Notes: generated from the letters alone by a model not told the origin. 64,000 bases of DNA from Amoebidium appalachense (GCA_963693365.1 CAVNZM010000015.1:4533502-4597501), one strand, 5' to 3'; numbered from the stretch's first letter, positions 1-46,418 are shown. Numbers and translations are program-made.

Positions 1-22799
<22,799 letters not shown>

Positions 22800-22927
22800 C
22801 ACAATCTTCCTCCCATATCCCCCCCCCCCCCCCCCCCCCCCTCCCCCTCCCACACACACACACACACACACACACCCTTAGTCTGTCTATCCACCGTCCC
22901 TCTCCCTCTCCATCTCGCTCTCCCTCC

Positions 22928-22973
<46 letters not shown>

Positions 22974-23216
22974 TCCCTCTCCCTCTCCCTCTCCCTCTCC
23001 CTCTCCCTCTCCCTCTCTCCCCCTCTCTCTCTCTCCCCCCCCCCCCCCCCCCCCCCCCCCGGGTGTCTGCCCGTCCCTTCCCTCCTCCACCTCCCGCAGC
23101 CCATTCTGATAACCCAGTCACATTTTGGCTCAGGGCAACCACCATCCCTCCCCTTGACATGGGGACACATCCCTCATATCGTTGTGCTCGTGTACAGATC
23201 TCACATTTTTTTTTGG

Positions 23217-23258
<42 letters not shown>

Positions 23259-23649
23259 AGCACAAGGGAGTAAGGCTCGAGAGTTTTTTAGTTTCTCTTC
23301 TGGTGTATGGCATATCAAAATCACACAATACACATGCCCTTAAATTTCTTTTCACTGACCGGATGGGACGCCAGGAGGATGGGGGTAATAAACGACAGAA
23401 GACGGATTGATCGGAGTCAAGGGGGCGTTGAGACTCTGCCACGGCGGGTGGAAATGACGTATGTGGGAGGGACTGGGTCGTCTTTTTGTTAAGTGGTTAC
23501 AAAAGTTGTGGTTTATATGCAGGGGGGTGGTGTTGTGGTTACACGCACATATGTAGACATTGACCATAGGCACGTGAAAACATACGCCATGCCCACGCGC
23601 ACATACGCCACACACACTGCGCACACACATCCGCGTCCACACGCACATG

Positions 23650-23707
<58 letters not shown>

Positions 23708-24186
23708 GGTGTGTATGCACGTACATAAACTCACAACGAACATTGAAATGTGACTGTGTTCCTTTCCTTACCAGCATCCCGTATTACAATGGGGAGGTGG
23801 ATATGTTTGAGTGAATAGAGATTTCTAAGATCATCATTTTGGGGGGGGGGGGGGGGGGGGGAGGGGGGGAATGTCGAGGTCTGCCCATTTCCAACATAGA
23901 TACGTTATAGAAATTCTTTCCGTAGCTTTGCCACATGAGGCTGGCCCCGTAATACAACATAGTGTAAATTCAGTTATCACATTAGACTAGATATATCATT
24001 TTTGCATTCCGTTTAGCTTGTGCCTGAAACAGATACTAGGTGATTTGTTTCAGTGGCAGGTATTTATCATTTAGATTGTGACTGCGGGTTTACATCCATA
24101 ATGCGAAGGCCATATGTGTGTTGTTATGTAAATGCACGTGTATAGATTTTGTATGCAACAGCCTGAGTTTGTGTACCGAACCCTTA

Positions 24187-24573
24187 GGGCGTGTTTGGCA
24201 GCGCAGTTATATCGTGTCTTTATCGTATCAGTCGTCTTTTCGCGTAATGAGACGATTCCGAAGTTATATCGTGTTTTTGAAAATCACCTCCGAAGGTAAT
24301 TTTCGAAAAGACGATATAACTTTTAGCCAATCGGATCGCTTTAAGCGATTCTAATTTACGATTGGTCGAATGACTACTAATGAGATCGTACAAAAGATGA
24401 TATTTCGCATTCTTTTGTTGTATCGAGATATTGTGTCGATACCGAAGCGCGAGCGTGTTTAGGCGTGTTTGGTACGCCATAATCGCATCATTACCCCTAA
24501 ATACGCATACCACAAAATAATTTTATAACACGATCACGAATACGATTATTTTCGGCTGCCAAACGTCACGCCC
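24187..24573. mobile_element. PIF/Harbinger (Tourist-like) MITE
   Basis: TIRs are GGGCGTGTTTGGCAGC (24187) and GCTGCCAAAC[GTC]ACGCCC (ends 24573). TTA target-site duplication at 24184-24186 and 24574-24576. Internal hairpin AGTTATATCGT...ACGATATAACT at 24262-24321. No coding capacity. Confidence 0.85.
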
Positions 24574-25256
24574 TTAGTAAGCATCATGATATGGACATAC
24601 AGTGGTGAGCTTGGTGAGCCCAGATGCTCACAAGCGCACACAAACATATGCACACAGCTCATGCACACACACACATGAAGGCATACTCACCCGCACGCAC
24701 GCACGCTCACACCATCACACACACCCATACACACACGCACGCACACATATATACACACACCAAAAACGTTGTTAAATTCTTTAATACACCCAGTCACAAC
24801 AGAGCTCGGGGACAGCTTGAGGGATAATCAAGGGAATTTTTTCTGACTGCGTACCGCCTGGGGGGGGGGGGGGGGGGGGGGGGGATACCGCTCCGGGGAA
24901 TTCGGTCGGAGGGGAAGGGGAAGCCACTGCCATTTTATATTGCAATTGGGTAGGGGGTAGGGGTTGGGGGAGAGGGAGGGAGAAGAGAAGGGGGAGGAAC
25001 GGGAGAGGGGAAGACGCAGCTATAGCTACCTTCTGAGGTAGCTCTTATTTTTCAAGGGGACGCGTGGACGATCCGGAGAGCCGCTGGCTGATTACGTGAG
25101 ACAACCACCCTTGAAAAATATAGAGCCAGCGTCGATGGCGCACATATATAGGCTAGAGCTGCAGAGTCAGGACGTGCCTGGTTCGGAGGCGTGATAGAGG
25201 GAAGGACTCTTTTTTTTCGATCGGATTCGATAGGAATAAGAGGATGCCCTTCGAGC

Positions 25257-25812
25257 CTATCGATGACCCAAAAACCTCCTAATAAGTATGATCATTATAG
25301 GCAGATATAGGCGGCAGCATTTTGCATTGCAGAGCTCCAGCTGCTGGTCGTCGGTTCCCGCCCAGCTGGAGGAGCAGTTGGCCTTGCACTCCACATAGCT
25401 GCCATCCCGCCCACCCATCTCCCGCCCAGACCTGAATGCGGTTCTGGCCTGTACGCGGTGTTTTGCCACACCCACGGTCCCACAGACCCCACAACCACCC
25501 TGTCATCGCCTTTGGCTGGGTTCTGCACGTGTCCTGAAAGTGTTTTTTCTGGCAGGTTGACGCCGGGCAGCCGGCGTCTGCAGCTGCAAGAGGGGCAGCT
25601 CTCGAGCTCCGGCCAACTGCAATTGGAATGTCTTCTGTGTCTTGGGACGTTGTAAAAAGAGCAGTTTGGGCGCAGGTTTTAACGCAAACGCGCAGGGCCG
25701 GGAGACTGTTTGCGGCGTCATAGGCTGCCATGCAATCGGGCACACAGGCCACGGGAGCTGGCCACGGGCATGGGGTAACCGATGGAGGCGAGGGCGGACG
25801 CAAGGGCGGCAT
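25257..25812 (-). CDS. Possible small cysteine-rich protein gene or pseudogene (structure uncertain)
   Basis: GC-rich, non-repetitive segment with two similar CX3C-X15/14-CX3C units in different frames (CVPDCMAAYDAANSLPALRVCVKTC; CKANCSSSWAGTDDQQLELCNAKC). A short phase-2 intron ending TTCAG at ~25432 could join them. The start codon is not resolved. Confidence 0.3.
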
Positions 25813-26412
25813 TTGACTGACGGATAACAGCGGCGGCCAATTTTTTCGGAATAAGGGAATAAAAAAGCGAGGGTTTTGCAGGTTTGGTAAAATTTAACTG
25901 CGAAGTGTAACAGCATCTAAGTTATTTCTGTATTTCACTTGCGCTGAACGGTGCTTGAGTTTTGTGGTGGGAAAACTTTTAATTGCATACGGTTCAGAGG
26001 TTGTGTTTATATACCTTGTGGTGGAATGTCGTCATCTTCGTTATCCAATATTATCCAATCAGATAATGGCCTAAATTAAATATTTTTCTCTCTGTTGCCC
26101 AATCACATGCGGGTTAATCTGCTAACCATATATAGTTACAATCTCAGCGCGCCGATTTGAAGCCTCATCCCGGGCTACTCATCCCGTCGGTGTACCATAC
26201 TGTTTGAGAGTGAAGAAAAAGGCGGGGTGGGCGAGAAGCGGGTAAACCATGATGACAGATCTTTTGCACATGCTGTAGCCGGCACAAAATGTAAGTTGTC
26301 CATCTTGGGTTGCACCTAAGGAAAAGGGCAGTGATACGTGGGGGGCGGCGAGGGGATAGGCCTAGGGGAATCGAACGGCCTATGTGTGTGTGTGGGCGTG
26401 TGTGCTGGCCTC

Positions 26413-26491
<79 letters not shown>

Positions 26492-26814
26492 CTCCCCCTC
26501 TCCCTTTTAAAGTCGCCAGCCCCCCCAGCCCCAACCCGAGGCACCCCACCCCACCCACCTACCCACCCGGCCCTCCCCGGTCCGGATCGGGATCCACACC
26601 TGGGCCCCCACAATACTCTGCAAACACGATTGCAAATTTTAATGTACACTTCTAAATTCAAACGGTCGTACGCAAGTGCCGTTGCCAAACAGATTATTTG
26701 CTGAGCATCTTCCCCTCGTAGCTGCCCCATTGACCTAGAATGGTTTGCGCTAGAGTATGAAGTAGGGAAATGACATTCCCTCCTTCGTTTTTTTTTTTTT
26801 TTTTTTTTTTTGGG

Positions 26815-26851
<37 letters not shown>

Positions 26852-27163
26852 CTGTTGCCAGTTTGCGCTGTCTTTTCCCTTGATTTTTATTTCCCGAATT
26901 TCTCAAAGCATGTGCCTATTGATACCAAAAGCGCTTTCGTGCCATTCGACATGCTGCTTTCCTGTCACGACTCTTTGCCACACACAGGATTCGTGCCCCC
27001 CCCCCCCAACAACAACAACAACCAACCATTTTTTTCTCGGACCATTATACTACGACTACCATTCAAAAGCCCAAAGAGGGCTGGACAAGAAAAGTTCCCG
27101 ATAAATTAATCCAAAAACGTTCATTAATTAGTTCATACCGTTAATCATCTGTTTACACCCTAT

Positions 27164-27785
27164 TTATAGGTCCTGCGCAAGCATAGCCGTCACAGCCGCC
27201 ACCAAAAGCAAAACCACGGGCCGAGCCAACTGGGCAGCCTTCGAGGCACTACCGCTGGTGGCAAGAGCCAGGGTGGGGTCATAGGCCATCGCCTTGGTAA
27301 ACGAGGGGAACGACATAATCACGTTGTTCTTGTCGGTAGATACAATGCACTTCTGTGTGCTTGCCTGACCCAATTGGTCAACCACCGTGACGTATTGCTC
27401 GAGCTTTAGCGAACCAGATGGGGTAAGCACTTCAGTGATTTCGGTGGCGTTGCTGTTTGTGACGTTGAAGTCCCCCGTGCCGCCAATGTCGTTAATGACG
27501 ACGCCGAAGGAAAGCGTGTTGTCTACGCTCTTGAACGGCCAGTCCGAAATCCCCACAGAAAACTTAAGTGTATTCTGCTCCTGCCGGAACGTGACAATCT
27601 GCGAGCAGAAAGGAAAACAGTCATTAGAGTTGGATTCTGTGTTTCCTGTACAGAGCACACGTTTCTTTTTTATCGCTGGTCTTTTTCTTGCTCCTCCCCG
27701 GGCCCTCCTCCCCTCTTCCTGCCTCCCCCCCCCCCCCCCCCCCCCGGCCTCCCCCTCCCCACCTCCCCTCCTTCCCCCCCTCCCC

Positions 27786-27816
<31 letters not shown>

Positions 27817-29344
27817 ACACACACAGTCTTACCACTGGCATGCTCATTACTACGCACCTCCTTGGCCCCGTCTATCCCACCCGTGTACATAAACACACAG
27901 CTCGTTCACTGGTGCTATTTCGCCTACAATTATTTCCCATTGTTTTAAAGAAAAAAATCACAATTACTATGTGAAACCTTTCTAGGATTTTCAAAAGGGG
28001 CATTACCTCTAGGCCTGTAGAATTGCATGGTTTTGGTGTGGCCGTGCTTGTTGCATCCTCCACACAGTAGGTTCCGTTGTGGTTCACACAGTCCACCTGC
28101 TTTCCGTCCCCACCAACATTGCGGCAGCGAAAGAGGTCGCACGTGGAAGTGTTGGTGTTGAAGGCCGTGCAGATGGGAATCGGATCGGTGGTTGTGTGGA
28201 TCAGGTAAGTGTCGAACGTGAACCTGGAGGGAGGAGGGCACGTAAGTGGTGGGCCATGCAGGATAATGGGTAACGCCGACGGGTTGGGAGGCCTTACAGA
28301 CATTCTTGTATTTTTAAGAGCATAGAGAACACTACAGCCATATTCATCCAATTGGACCTGCAGATGCCAATAGCAGTGCATAGCAACAAAAAAAGACTAA
28401 AGGGAGCCGCACAAACTTTGACGAACCAAAATGCATCTCGCGTGCTCACTTCGACTGAGAAACAGTTGAAAACACGTGATTTTATGAGTATACCACAGTT
28501 CAAAAACGTACTTTGGTTTCGAGTTTGCGACATCCAAGTCTGTGCTGAAGGAAACCTTGGTGCACGTGTCTGCTGACGTGCCTGGAGGGCAAACTCCATC
28601 TGTGGCTGTCCACGCAGTGGCAAAGTTTGCCCACGACGCCACCTATGCAGGAAAACGACAGTCACGTGCGGGATTTTAGTTTACGTACACTAGAACTGGT
28701 TCCCGTTAAATAGTATACGCCAATGGCAAAGATGAGCTGAAGGAGCAAGTTTGTATTGTAATACGCTCAGGGTTCATGCTGCTTGCACCCGTGTTCAACA
28801 TGCATAATGGCCCCGTAAGTTTTCTGTTCTTTTTTTTTTTTTTTTTTTCCCGAAGCTGCATGGGTTCGCATGTGCATCATGGCGTATTGCATGTAGTTAT
28901 GTAGCTACCAGAATTGGTATATCAAATTTGGCTCTAAATTGCTGTCAACTTTTATAGCTCTAAGATGAGAGTTCGCTTGCTTGAAGTCTTCCAGCTCAAG
29001 TTGAATAAAGTGTAGAGGACCATATATTGTAAACCCTGTAGCCTAATCAGCAAGCTTCGCCAAGCGAAAATGGGATTCGATGGCAAAACACAAACCTTGT
29101 GATCTGTGACCTTGCCGTCCTTCGCTACCTCCTCCAGCTTCATCATGTTCACCTTGACAGCCCTCTTGCTGTCCGCCTTGTAGTAGAGCTTGAACTGCCC
29201 CGAGTTGCCCACATACTCCACACCAAACGCGGTGTTCTCAACAACAGGGGCTGTTGCACTGCCGCCGACTGAAACTCCGGCATTCTTGGCAGCGCCAACA
29301 AAGGCAAAGGAGGAGACACCGAAAGCGCAAGCGAGTTTCAGCAT
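27164..29344 (-). CDS. Secreted, probably GPI-anchored surface protein resembling ComC-supersandwich / coral SAARP-like beta-sandwich proteins
   Basis: Phase-consistent exons 29344-29096, 28642-28512, 28223-28007, 27871-27833 and 27598-27164 (TAA). N-terminal signal peptide MLKLACAFGVSSFAFVGAA, Cys-rich middle, motifs KFSVGISDWPFKSVDNTL and FPSFTKAMAYDPT, and a C-terminal small-residue site plus hydrophobic tail (SGSAS...VVLLLVAAVTAML). The family assignment comes from motif recall, not a search. Confidence 0.8.
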
Positions 29345-30589
29345 TTTCAAGCTCTAAATTTACGGTTTTCTGTTGTTTCTTAGCGACTATGCTCTGCTCC
29401 TTTCGTGACGGTCTCTCAGTTTGTCTTCTTCACACGTTCTGATCAAAAGTGAAGTCGTTTTTCGGCGAGTTTCATTTTTATTATGTGACCGGTCTCTGGC
29501 CATGAACCACTGAGCGGCTCGCAAAGTTCTCACAAACTAAAATGTAGCAATTAAATCGCACGCCGATTGGTTGGGTGATGCGCTAAACACCAATAATATC
29601 GTTTGACAAAATGTATCGCAGTTATGATTGGTAATCAATCATACAGTGCATTGCTGCGTGGAAAGTATTTCTGGCACATTGCTCTGATGGGTCACAATTG
29701 CATCCACACCACACGTCCCTATTGGTTTATTTTGCATCAAACTGTCAGCGGGCAGAAGTCCAAGGTTCATGCAGGCAGGCGCACGCACGCACATGTTCAC
29801 GCACGTACCATCTGGACCAGGCTAGGCCCCATCGACCTCACATATGCGTACATAATAGTAGCATAGGTCTGTCTTTTTTCCTTTACCTGATAGATTTAAG
29901 GCAGTTTTCAAGCATTATGATAGTGCCATTCCTACTAATAATAACTTGGAAGTCGCCCCAGCACTATGACTGGGCTGTGAAAGGGGAAAGTGCGCTCCTG
30001 AAATTGAATTATAATTCAGGTCCCCCCACATATTACTCCATCACTGACTCTCAATCTATTATTATTGTTATGAGCTCTTCGCATGAATGAATATGCTGGT
30101 AATATCTTGTGCCCCTAACAATCAACACACCATTTATCAGCATTTGCACCGCACCACCACACCAGATTTTCTATTGGTGTTTTAAATGCTCTATTGTCTT
30201 TTGTCGCCATGAGCCCTATGACTTACACTCACGTACACACTGCCGCCCGCATGCGTTGCCGCAACTTTATTGCGACAGTCTCGAGTTTTCGAGAACGACA
30301 AGTCTCAACTTTTTGAAACTTGCACCTGATGGCGAAATCGAATTTTGCGCCGAGGCTCTTCAGCCCCGGTGCACTGCCGACGTAGGTAACTGCGTCACTT
30401 CATGACATCGATGATGCATTATCACGGGTAATAACCGTAGCCGCTAATCTATTTCTTACGCTGAATCAGGGATCCTATAACTTATGATCATACCCGAGCT
30501 CTAATACGTAAATACATCCCCCCCCGCCCCCCCCCCCCCCCCCCCCCCGCCCCCCCTCGCCGGCCCGGGGGCCCCCCTCGAGGCACATG

Positions 30590-33396
<2,807 letters not shown>

Positions 33397-33897
33397 ATTT
33401 GATAGGTGGAAAAGAAAAAGCAACACCACCATCATTCGTTCTCGCATTGGGGCACCATACGAACAACTCCCACATTCGCCTTGTCCTATTTCAGTCCTCC
33501 CAATTGCCACCCCCCCCCTCCCCCTTCCCCTCACAAGCGCACACGCACACACACGCGAGCACACACACACACACACACAGACACACACACACACACTCTC
33601 TCTCTCCCCCCACCCTCCCTCCCTCTCTCTCCCTCTCTCTCTCTCCCACCCTGTCTCTCTCACCTCTCCCCCCCCCCTCCCTCCCTCTACTCCCCCTCCC
33701 TCCCCTCTCTCTCTCCTTTCTCTCTCTGTCTTCCCCTCTTCTCCCCCCGCCTTACCGTACCTATACAGCTGGCCTATAGCAACCAGTCAAAAAAGTAGCT
33801 AAAAGAGCCCCCCTCCCCCTCCCCCCCCCCCCCCCCCCCCCCCCGCCGCCCCCTCTTCCCCATCCCAAAAAAAATACCCCCCCCCCTCCCCCCCTCC

Positions 33898-33928
<31 letters not shown>

Positions 33929-33998
33929 AAAAAAAAAAAAAAAGCACCCGCTTCGGGGAGGGGGGAAAAAAGAAAAAAATGCCACCATTACCATCACC

Positions 33999-34059
<61 letters not shown>

Positions 34060-34106
34060 CTTTGAAAAACTGTGAAACCAATCCTAATGCCATCAAAACA
34101 AATCAG

Positions 34107-34380
34107 GAATCTATCAGTCACCTTCTCCCGGAGAAGGGGTTGTTACCGCCTCCAAGGAAACGAGCCAGAGTCGAAACAAGCTCCACATACACCACCCAAC
34201 GAATCAAAACCGAGATCCAATCACAAAAAAATGGTTACAACGGAGTGCAACCTCAGCGTAGAGCAGGAATTTGGCTTCGAGACCCCAAGCCCGTCGACCT
34301 GGGATAGTATGAGCCCCCCTCTAACCGCGAAAACTGAGAAGTTGGTCCAAAAATCGGGGTTTTTCTCATTCTGCATATGA
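34107..34380 (+). CDS. Possible terminal exon of an unidentified nuclear protein
   Basis: After a CA-rich tract and a CAG, the sequence reads ESISHLLPEKGLLPPPRKRARVETSSTYTTQRIKTEIQSQK. With one A removed from the A7 run at 34225-34231 it continues MVTTECNLSVEQEFGFETPSPSTWDSMSPPLTAK...FCI*. It contains NLS-like and SUMO-like motifs. Upstream exons were not securely found. Confidence 0.3.
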
Positions 34381-36605
34381 TCGAAAGACGATTGTCCTCA
34401 CGACATCCCTCGTTAGGCGCCTATGAAGCGGATACACCAATCGAATCACACTTAGGTTAATCCAAAATTTCAGAATCACGCAGTAATAAATTCTTTCATC
34501 TAGTGACTCTATGCCATTCTTTTATAAATTTATCCAAAACAGACCCCCCCAAAAAAACCCCGCCTTTTTTTTGCGTTTGAATGGAATAGAAACGGATCCT
34601 TTCCCTCGTGTCTTTGATTTCTGCCCCGGTTGACTTTTCTGAGACATCAAGGGATTTACGTTATAGATGCATAGCCATATGTAGACAGCTGTCGATATGA
34701 CACACCGCAGCGTGTTTTTTGTTTGTGCATCGTCATGTTTGGTCCTAAAGCGGGCTCATTTAATTTACATTTAGTTTTTGAATTTTCGGAATTTTTTTCT
34801 TCCCCTCCCTCCCCATACCTGATAATGTGAAGGCAGTAACTTGACTCACTTCCGAACTTTGTAGATATCTTTTGCCTATTTATGCGGTAACTTTAGGAGC
34901 CAAAATCTCCAAAATTTTTCTTCAAAAAGTTTCTCCCTGATTTTCTTCAATCTATGGTTTTGTATATACTTTAAGCAATTTTTCGGGCAAGAAGTGCTGC
35001 TAGTATTGTGTCCTTTTTCCTTATGCTGCCCACCCTCATTTTTTGTCTTTCGAGCATCGTCAAGTTTTCTTTTCTTAACTTCTTCGGCCCCCCCCCCCCC
35101 CCCCCCTTTTTTCTTTTTTTTTTTTTTCCCCTCTACCTTAATATCTTTTTCATAATCTCGTAGTGTGCATTTTACTACTAACTAATTCATATCTAACATT
35201 AAATTAGAACGACAAAGTGTGCACTAATATACTTAAAGGGTTAACTCTTACAATGCCTAATAGAAAAATAGAACGCTTTACAACCTCAGAGTATTGTTCG
35301 AATCTTTTCTTGCTTTTCCGTTTCTTTAGTAGTTTTTACCACCTCCCTTATAGTAACATCTTTCATATTCTCCAGTTTAATTCCCAATCGCCCATTCAAA
35401 GGCACTTGTAAGAGTCCCAAAAGCCAATCAGTTATTGGCGACTGTGCATAGTTACCTCATAATCGTCCAATCAGAGCAGCCTGCCATCATGTACTACTGT
35501 ACACTATAACCCCAATAAACCCCATATCTATTAAAATTAGTCAGCACACAAAAGCTTTATCGTGCACTGGCAATAACCGTGTGCATGTGCACTGCAGTCG
35601 TAACAACCACCCCCTCCCCCTCCCCCCCCTCCCCCCCTCCCCCCTCCCGGAGGCCCATCACCCGTCCCCCCCCCCCCCCCCCCCCCCCCCCCAGTCCCCT
35701 TCCCACCCCGTCACACCCTCCCCCCTCCCCCCTCTGCGTACTCCCCCCCACCTCCCCCTCCCCTACCACCCCCGCCCCACCTTTTCTCACTTTTTCATTT
35801 CTGAAAGAATCCCGCCACCCACATGACCGTATTTATTCAATCAAAGCCAAACACACATACAGAGTCCAATATGATACCGCACGTGCACACGCTCTTCCCT
35901 TGTAACTGCACAATCACACACATGACATGTATGGGTTCAGTACACGAGGCCTCATTGCCTACTCTCCGTTCCACACCTCCCCATCTCCATACATAGTGGG
36001 CTTTAGAAGCTTTACAGAGTGGTGATGGTGGTGGTAGGGGGGGTGGGGGGCTGGGGAGAGTGGGAGACAGGGATTTGGAGGGGGGGGGGGGGGGGGGGGG
36101 AGAGGGGGGGGGGGGGGGGGGGGGGTGATGCATTGCTAGGGAGGGGCAGAGGGAGAATGTTTATGTGTGTGCATGTAAGTTCATGGGCAGGAAAACTACG
36201 GAGGATTGGTGGTGGTGGGGGGAGGGGGGGGAGGGGGGGGGGAGGGGGGGGGGGAGGGGGGGGGGGGAAGGAGGGTGGAAAGGGGGGGAGGAGGGGGGGG
36301 GGGGGGGGTTTGTAAAGGTACCATTGGCACCACGTCCTTCTCGAACAGAACAAGTATTGATACAGTACTGCTTAATATATTTCGGTAAGGTGGTCCCCAG
36401 AACAGGAAATGGATTTCCGTAGTATTATAAACCCACATGTAGGCTTTTTTTTTGTAAGGGGATGCGCGCCCCCGGGGGGAGGGGGGAAGGGGGGGGGGGG
36501 GGGGGGGGGGGGAGGGGGGGATGTGGAAGGGAAACGGGAACCGGAAGTAAAGGTTTGAGGGGAAACTTAAAGGGAAGTTGGGGACAGTCTACACCAGGCT
36601 GGGAA

Positions 36606-36664
<59 letters not shown>

Positions 36665-37663
36665 CTTTTTCCCACCCCCCACCCCCCATCTCATGTTAGC
36701 CTTTGGTTTTATTGGTGTTCATCACTTGAAGCTCGGAGTAGATATTTGAAATTGTAACAATATGGCGATTGGTGGGGGGTGATTGGTATGAATTTTGTAC
36801 TAAATGTGCAGAACTTTTAAATTTAAATGTAAAAAACAGCTTTTAATGTGCGACGCATTGGCCCTATCGATCGAACTTGAACCAAGGCGTGCTGCTTAAA
36901 ACCACGGTACGATTCGGTCTCCCTCTATCCAAACCCACTAATCTAACGAATATAATCAAAAGTGGTGCCCGATAGAAATAGGGACTCAACTTTCAACCGT
37001 ACAAACAATAGTTGCAGGAAAAATCGATAACATAAGCATATATTTGAACAAGTAGAACAATTAAATAACATAAGTAATTGGTGAACGATCGATGTCGTAA
37101 GTATAGATCTTGAACAAATTAATAACAGAAGTCACATGCGATGAGCAACCCCTATAACATAAGCTTGGATAAGCCTAAACCGCATTAGGGTCTTCTTTTC
37201 ATGATCCTAAGCCAATAGCGCGCTAGATATATATTCTGACATAAACGAAGTACAGCCAGCCGCCACATATAGCATCTAACCCCTAACGAATCACTCCCAA
37301 AATAGGGTGGTATGGATCGAGACAATATCAAAGCAGCGAAAATCTAACAAAGCACGATCATCTGTATAACTGATCTACACGTCGATCTAATCGAAATCAA
37401 ACAAAATATCAATCACTCACACCTTATGCACACGCTCCTCCTTTCCAATGTTCTCACCAAAAAAACCCCCACCGCCATTTTCGCTCTGAGTCGACAGCCC
37501 CGATCCAAACCTCTGAAATCCCATTCCCTGCTTGTTTTCGCCCAACTGCGACGCAGAAACCCCCTCTCCCTTTTAGCACCAATCACCTTTTCCGTATTAT
37601 TACCTAATAAGGTTGATAAAGTACTGTGTGCACCACGTTTGTTCTCCGACACAACGCCCAAAC

Positions 37664-44577
<6,914 letters not shown>

Positions 44578-44732
44578 TTTCGGATGAAGGCAGTAGCGGT
44601 GTTAAAGTGGGCAGGAAAATAGTCATGTAGTCACCAGTGGATGTGTGACATATGAATATGAGTGGTTGTTGTATGATTTCAGGCTGACGGGGGATGCACG
44701 CCTACAACACTGCTCTTTCTGCGGAAGTGTGT

Positions 44733-44777
<45 letters not shown>

Positions 44778-46234
44778 AGGGGATATGAAAGGGGGTTTTT
44801 AGTGTACTGTAGTAGATGCCTACAGCTAGTTTGATAACTAAGTCAGCCTACTTAGCTTTATATATACAAAATCCTACCCCCACAGCATAGTTTCCCTTCC
44901 TCTCCCCCTCCCCTCCCTTCCCCCATTACCCCCTCTCCCCCCAAAATGAAAAAGAAAGAAAGAAAGAAAGAAAAGATGTGGCCCTGATAACTTTTAATTG
45001 CCAAGACATTACAAAACAGGTGAGAAAAGGTGCACAATACATACATGAAGCCTTGAAACCTCAAAATACAGCACACTCAGTATAGTAGTGTTCCACATTA
45101 TGCACTGAGCAAGAAAGAAGATGTATTCTTTCTACCCACGGGCCGTACGTACGCAAAGCTTGTAACTGCTTAAAGGGGTGTCCCTGTGCAGCTGCCGCGT
45201 GTATTTCAAGGTGCTAAAGAGGTCGAAGCATTTGCTTTCTTGTTCTTGTTTTTTATTTCTTTGCAAAGAAGAACGAAATTATCGATTGAAATGTTACTAG
45301 GTTGAGTTCCGAGCCTTGCCAATCCTTCATTTATAAGTTATTAAGTAATCACTCGTTCATTCATCAGTTCGTTTCTTTCGTAAGGGCTTTTTCCCTCTTT
45401 TTTTTTTTTTTTTAACCTTTTCTTCGATGGACTTGAATGAAAAAGGAAGGAACTGTGTCAGTGTCCCCGTCCCCCCCCCCCCCCCCCCCCCCCCCCCTTC
45501 CCCCCCCCCCCCCCCCCCTCCTTTTTTTTTTTTTTTTTTTTTTTGAAAAAAAATCTGTTATCAATTCTTCAGTATAAATTTTAATGATCAGTGACCGCCT
45601 GTTTCAAACCGTGGCACCCACCTCAGGCTATCACACACGCTGTGCCGTGTAGACGTTGTGCGTCACGCACATGTATCCAACGTTTCACGTTTGAATTCTG
45701 AGTATCCGGGAAACACCTTCAACTTCGTGCACGTGGCATGAAGTTATAATTATAAGACTCTATCTAGAGTAACACTAGCGCAGTCACCGTGACCCTGCAT
45801 GAGAGGTGTGACACAAATTTACAACAGAATTCAATTCATATTGATAGAGCAAGTTCTATTCACAAGAACTGTGGGCTAAAGTAAGTGCACGTCTCGCGTG
45901 CATCAACTCGAAGACATGCATTCAGCTTGAGCATCAACACGGAGCACGGTAGTTCGAGCACACTTTCAAGTGCACAGGTGTACTAACAAAATCTGATAAA
46001 AAACCTTTGAATAGAGAGAGAGAGTATGTATCACGAATACAGGGGTTGTCACGTGACCACACGTGAGGCGCTTACTAAAACCACGAAATTCTCTTGTTAC
46101 TAGGAGCGTGAGCACGTGCGCGCGTGCCGTAGTATTGGTATACGTACCGGGCATGTATTACTGTCATTATTGTGCTCATATTTTCGCAAGATACACGTGA
46201 TCACGTGCCTGGGAAGTGAAACTCGACACCAGCG

Positions 46235-46418
46235 CTGGTGGTAGGGCCCCAAATTTCGGCCCCTCTACGGTGGCGAAAGACTACACTGAATGACGTAATC
46301 AGATGATCTACGCAATGTAGACTATAGAATTTCCCCGCCCCTATGGTGGGCGATGACGTTTTCTTTTTTTTTTCCGGGGCAGCGTCATCAGTGGGGCCGA
46401 CATTGGGGCCTACTACTG
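46235..46418. mobile_element. Degenerate MITE-like element with ~27-bp imperfect terminal inverted repeats
   Basis: Left end CTGGTGGTAGGGCCCCAAATTTCGGCCCC; right end reverse complement CAGTAGTAGGCCCCAATGTCGGCCCC. No clear TSD. Confidence 0.5.

Noticed and set aside
26149-26290. AG...GTAAGT-bounded candidate orphan exon containing DLKP
   Set aside because: No other kinase motifs, no partner exons, and the DLKP frame closes at a TGA.
37281-37290. Telomere-like TAACCC/CCCTAA words
   Set aside because: Isolated single occurrences, not a tandem array.
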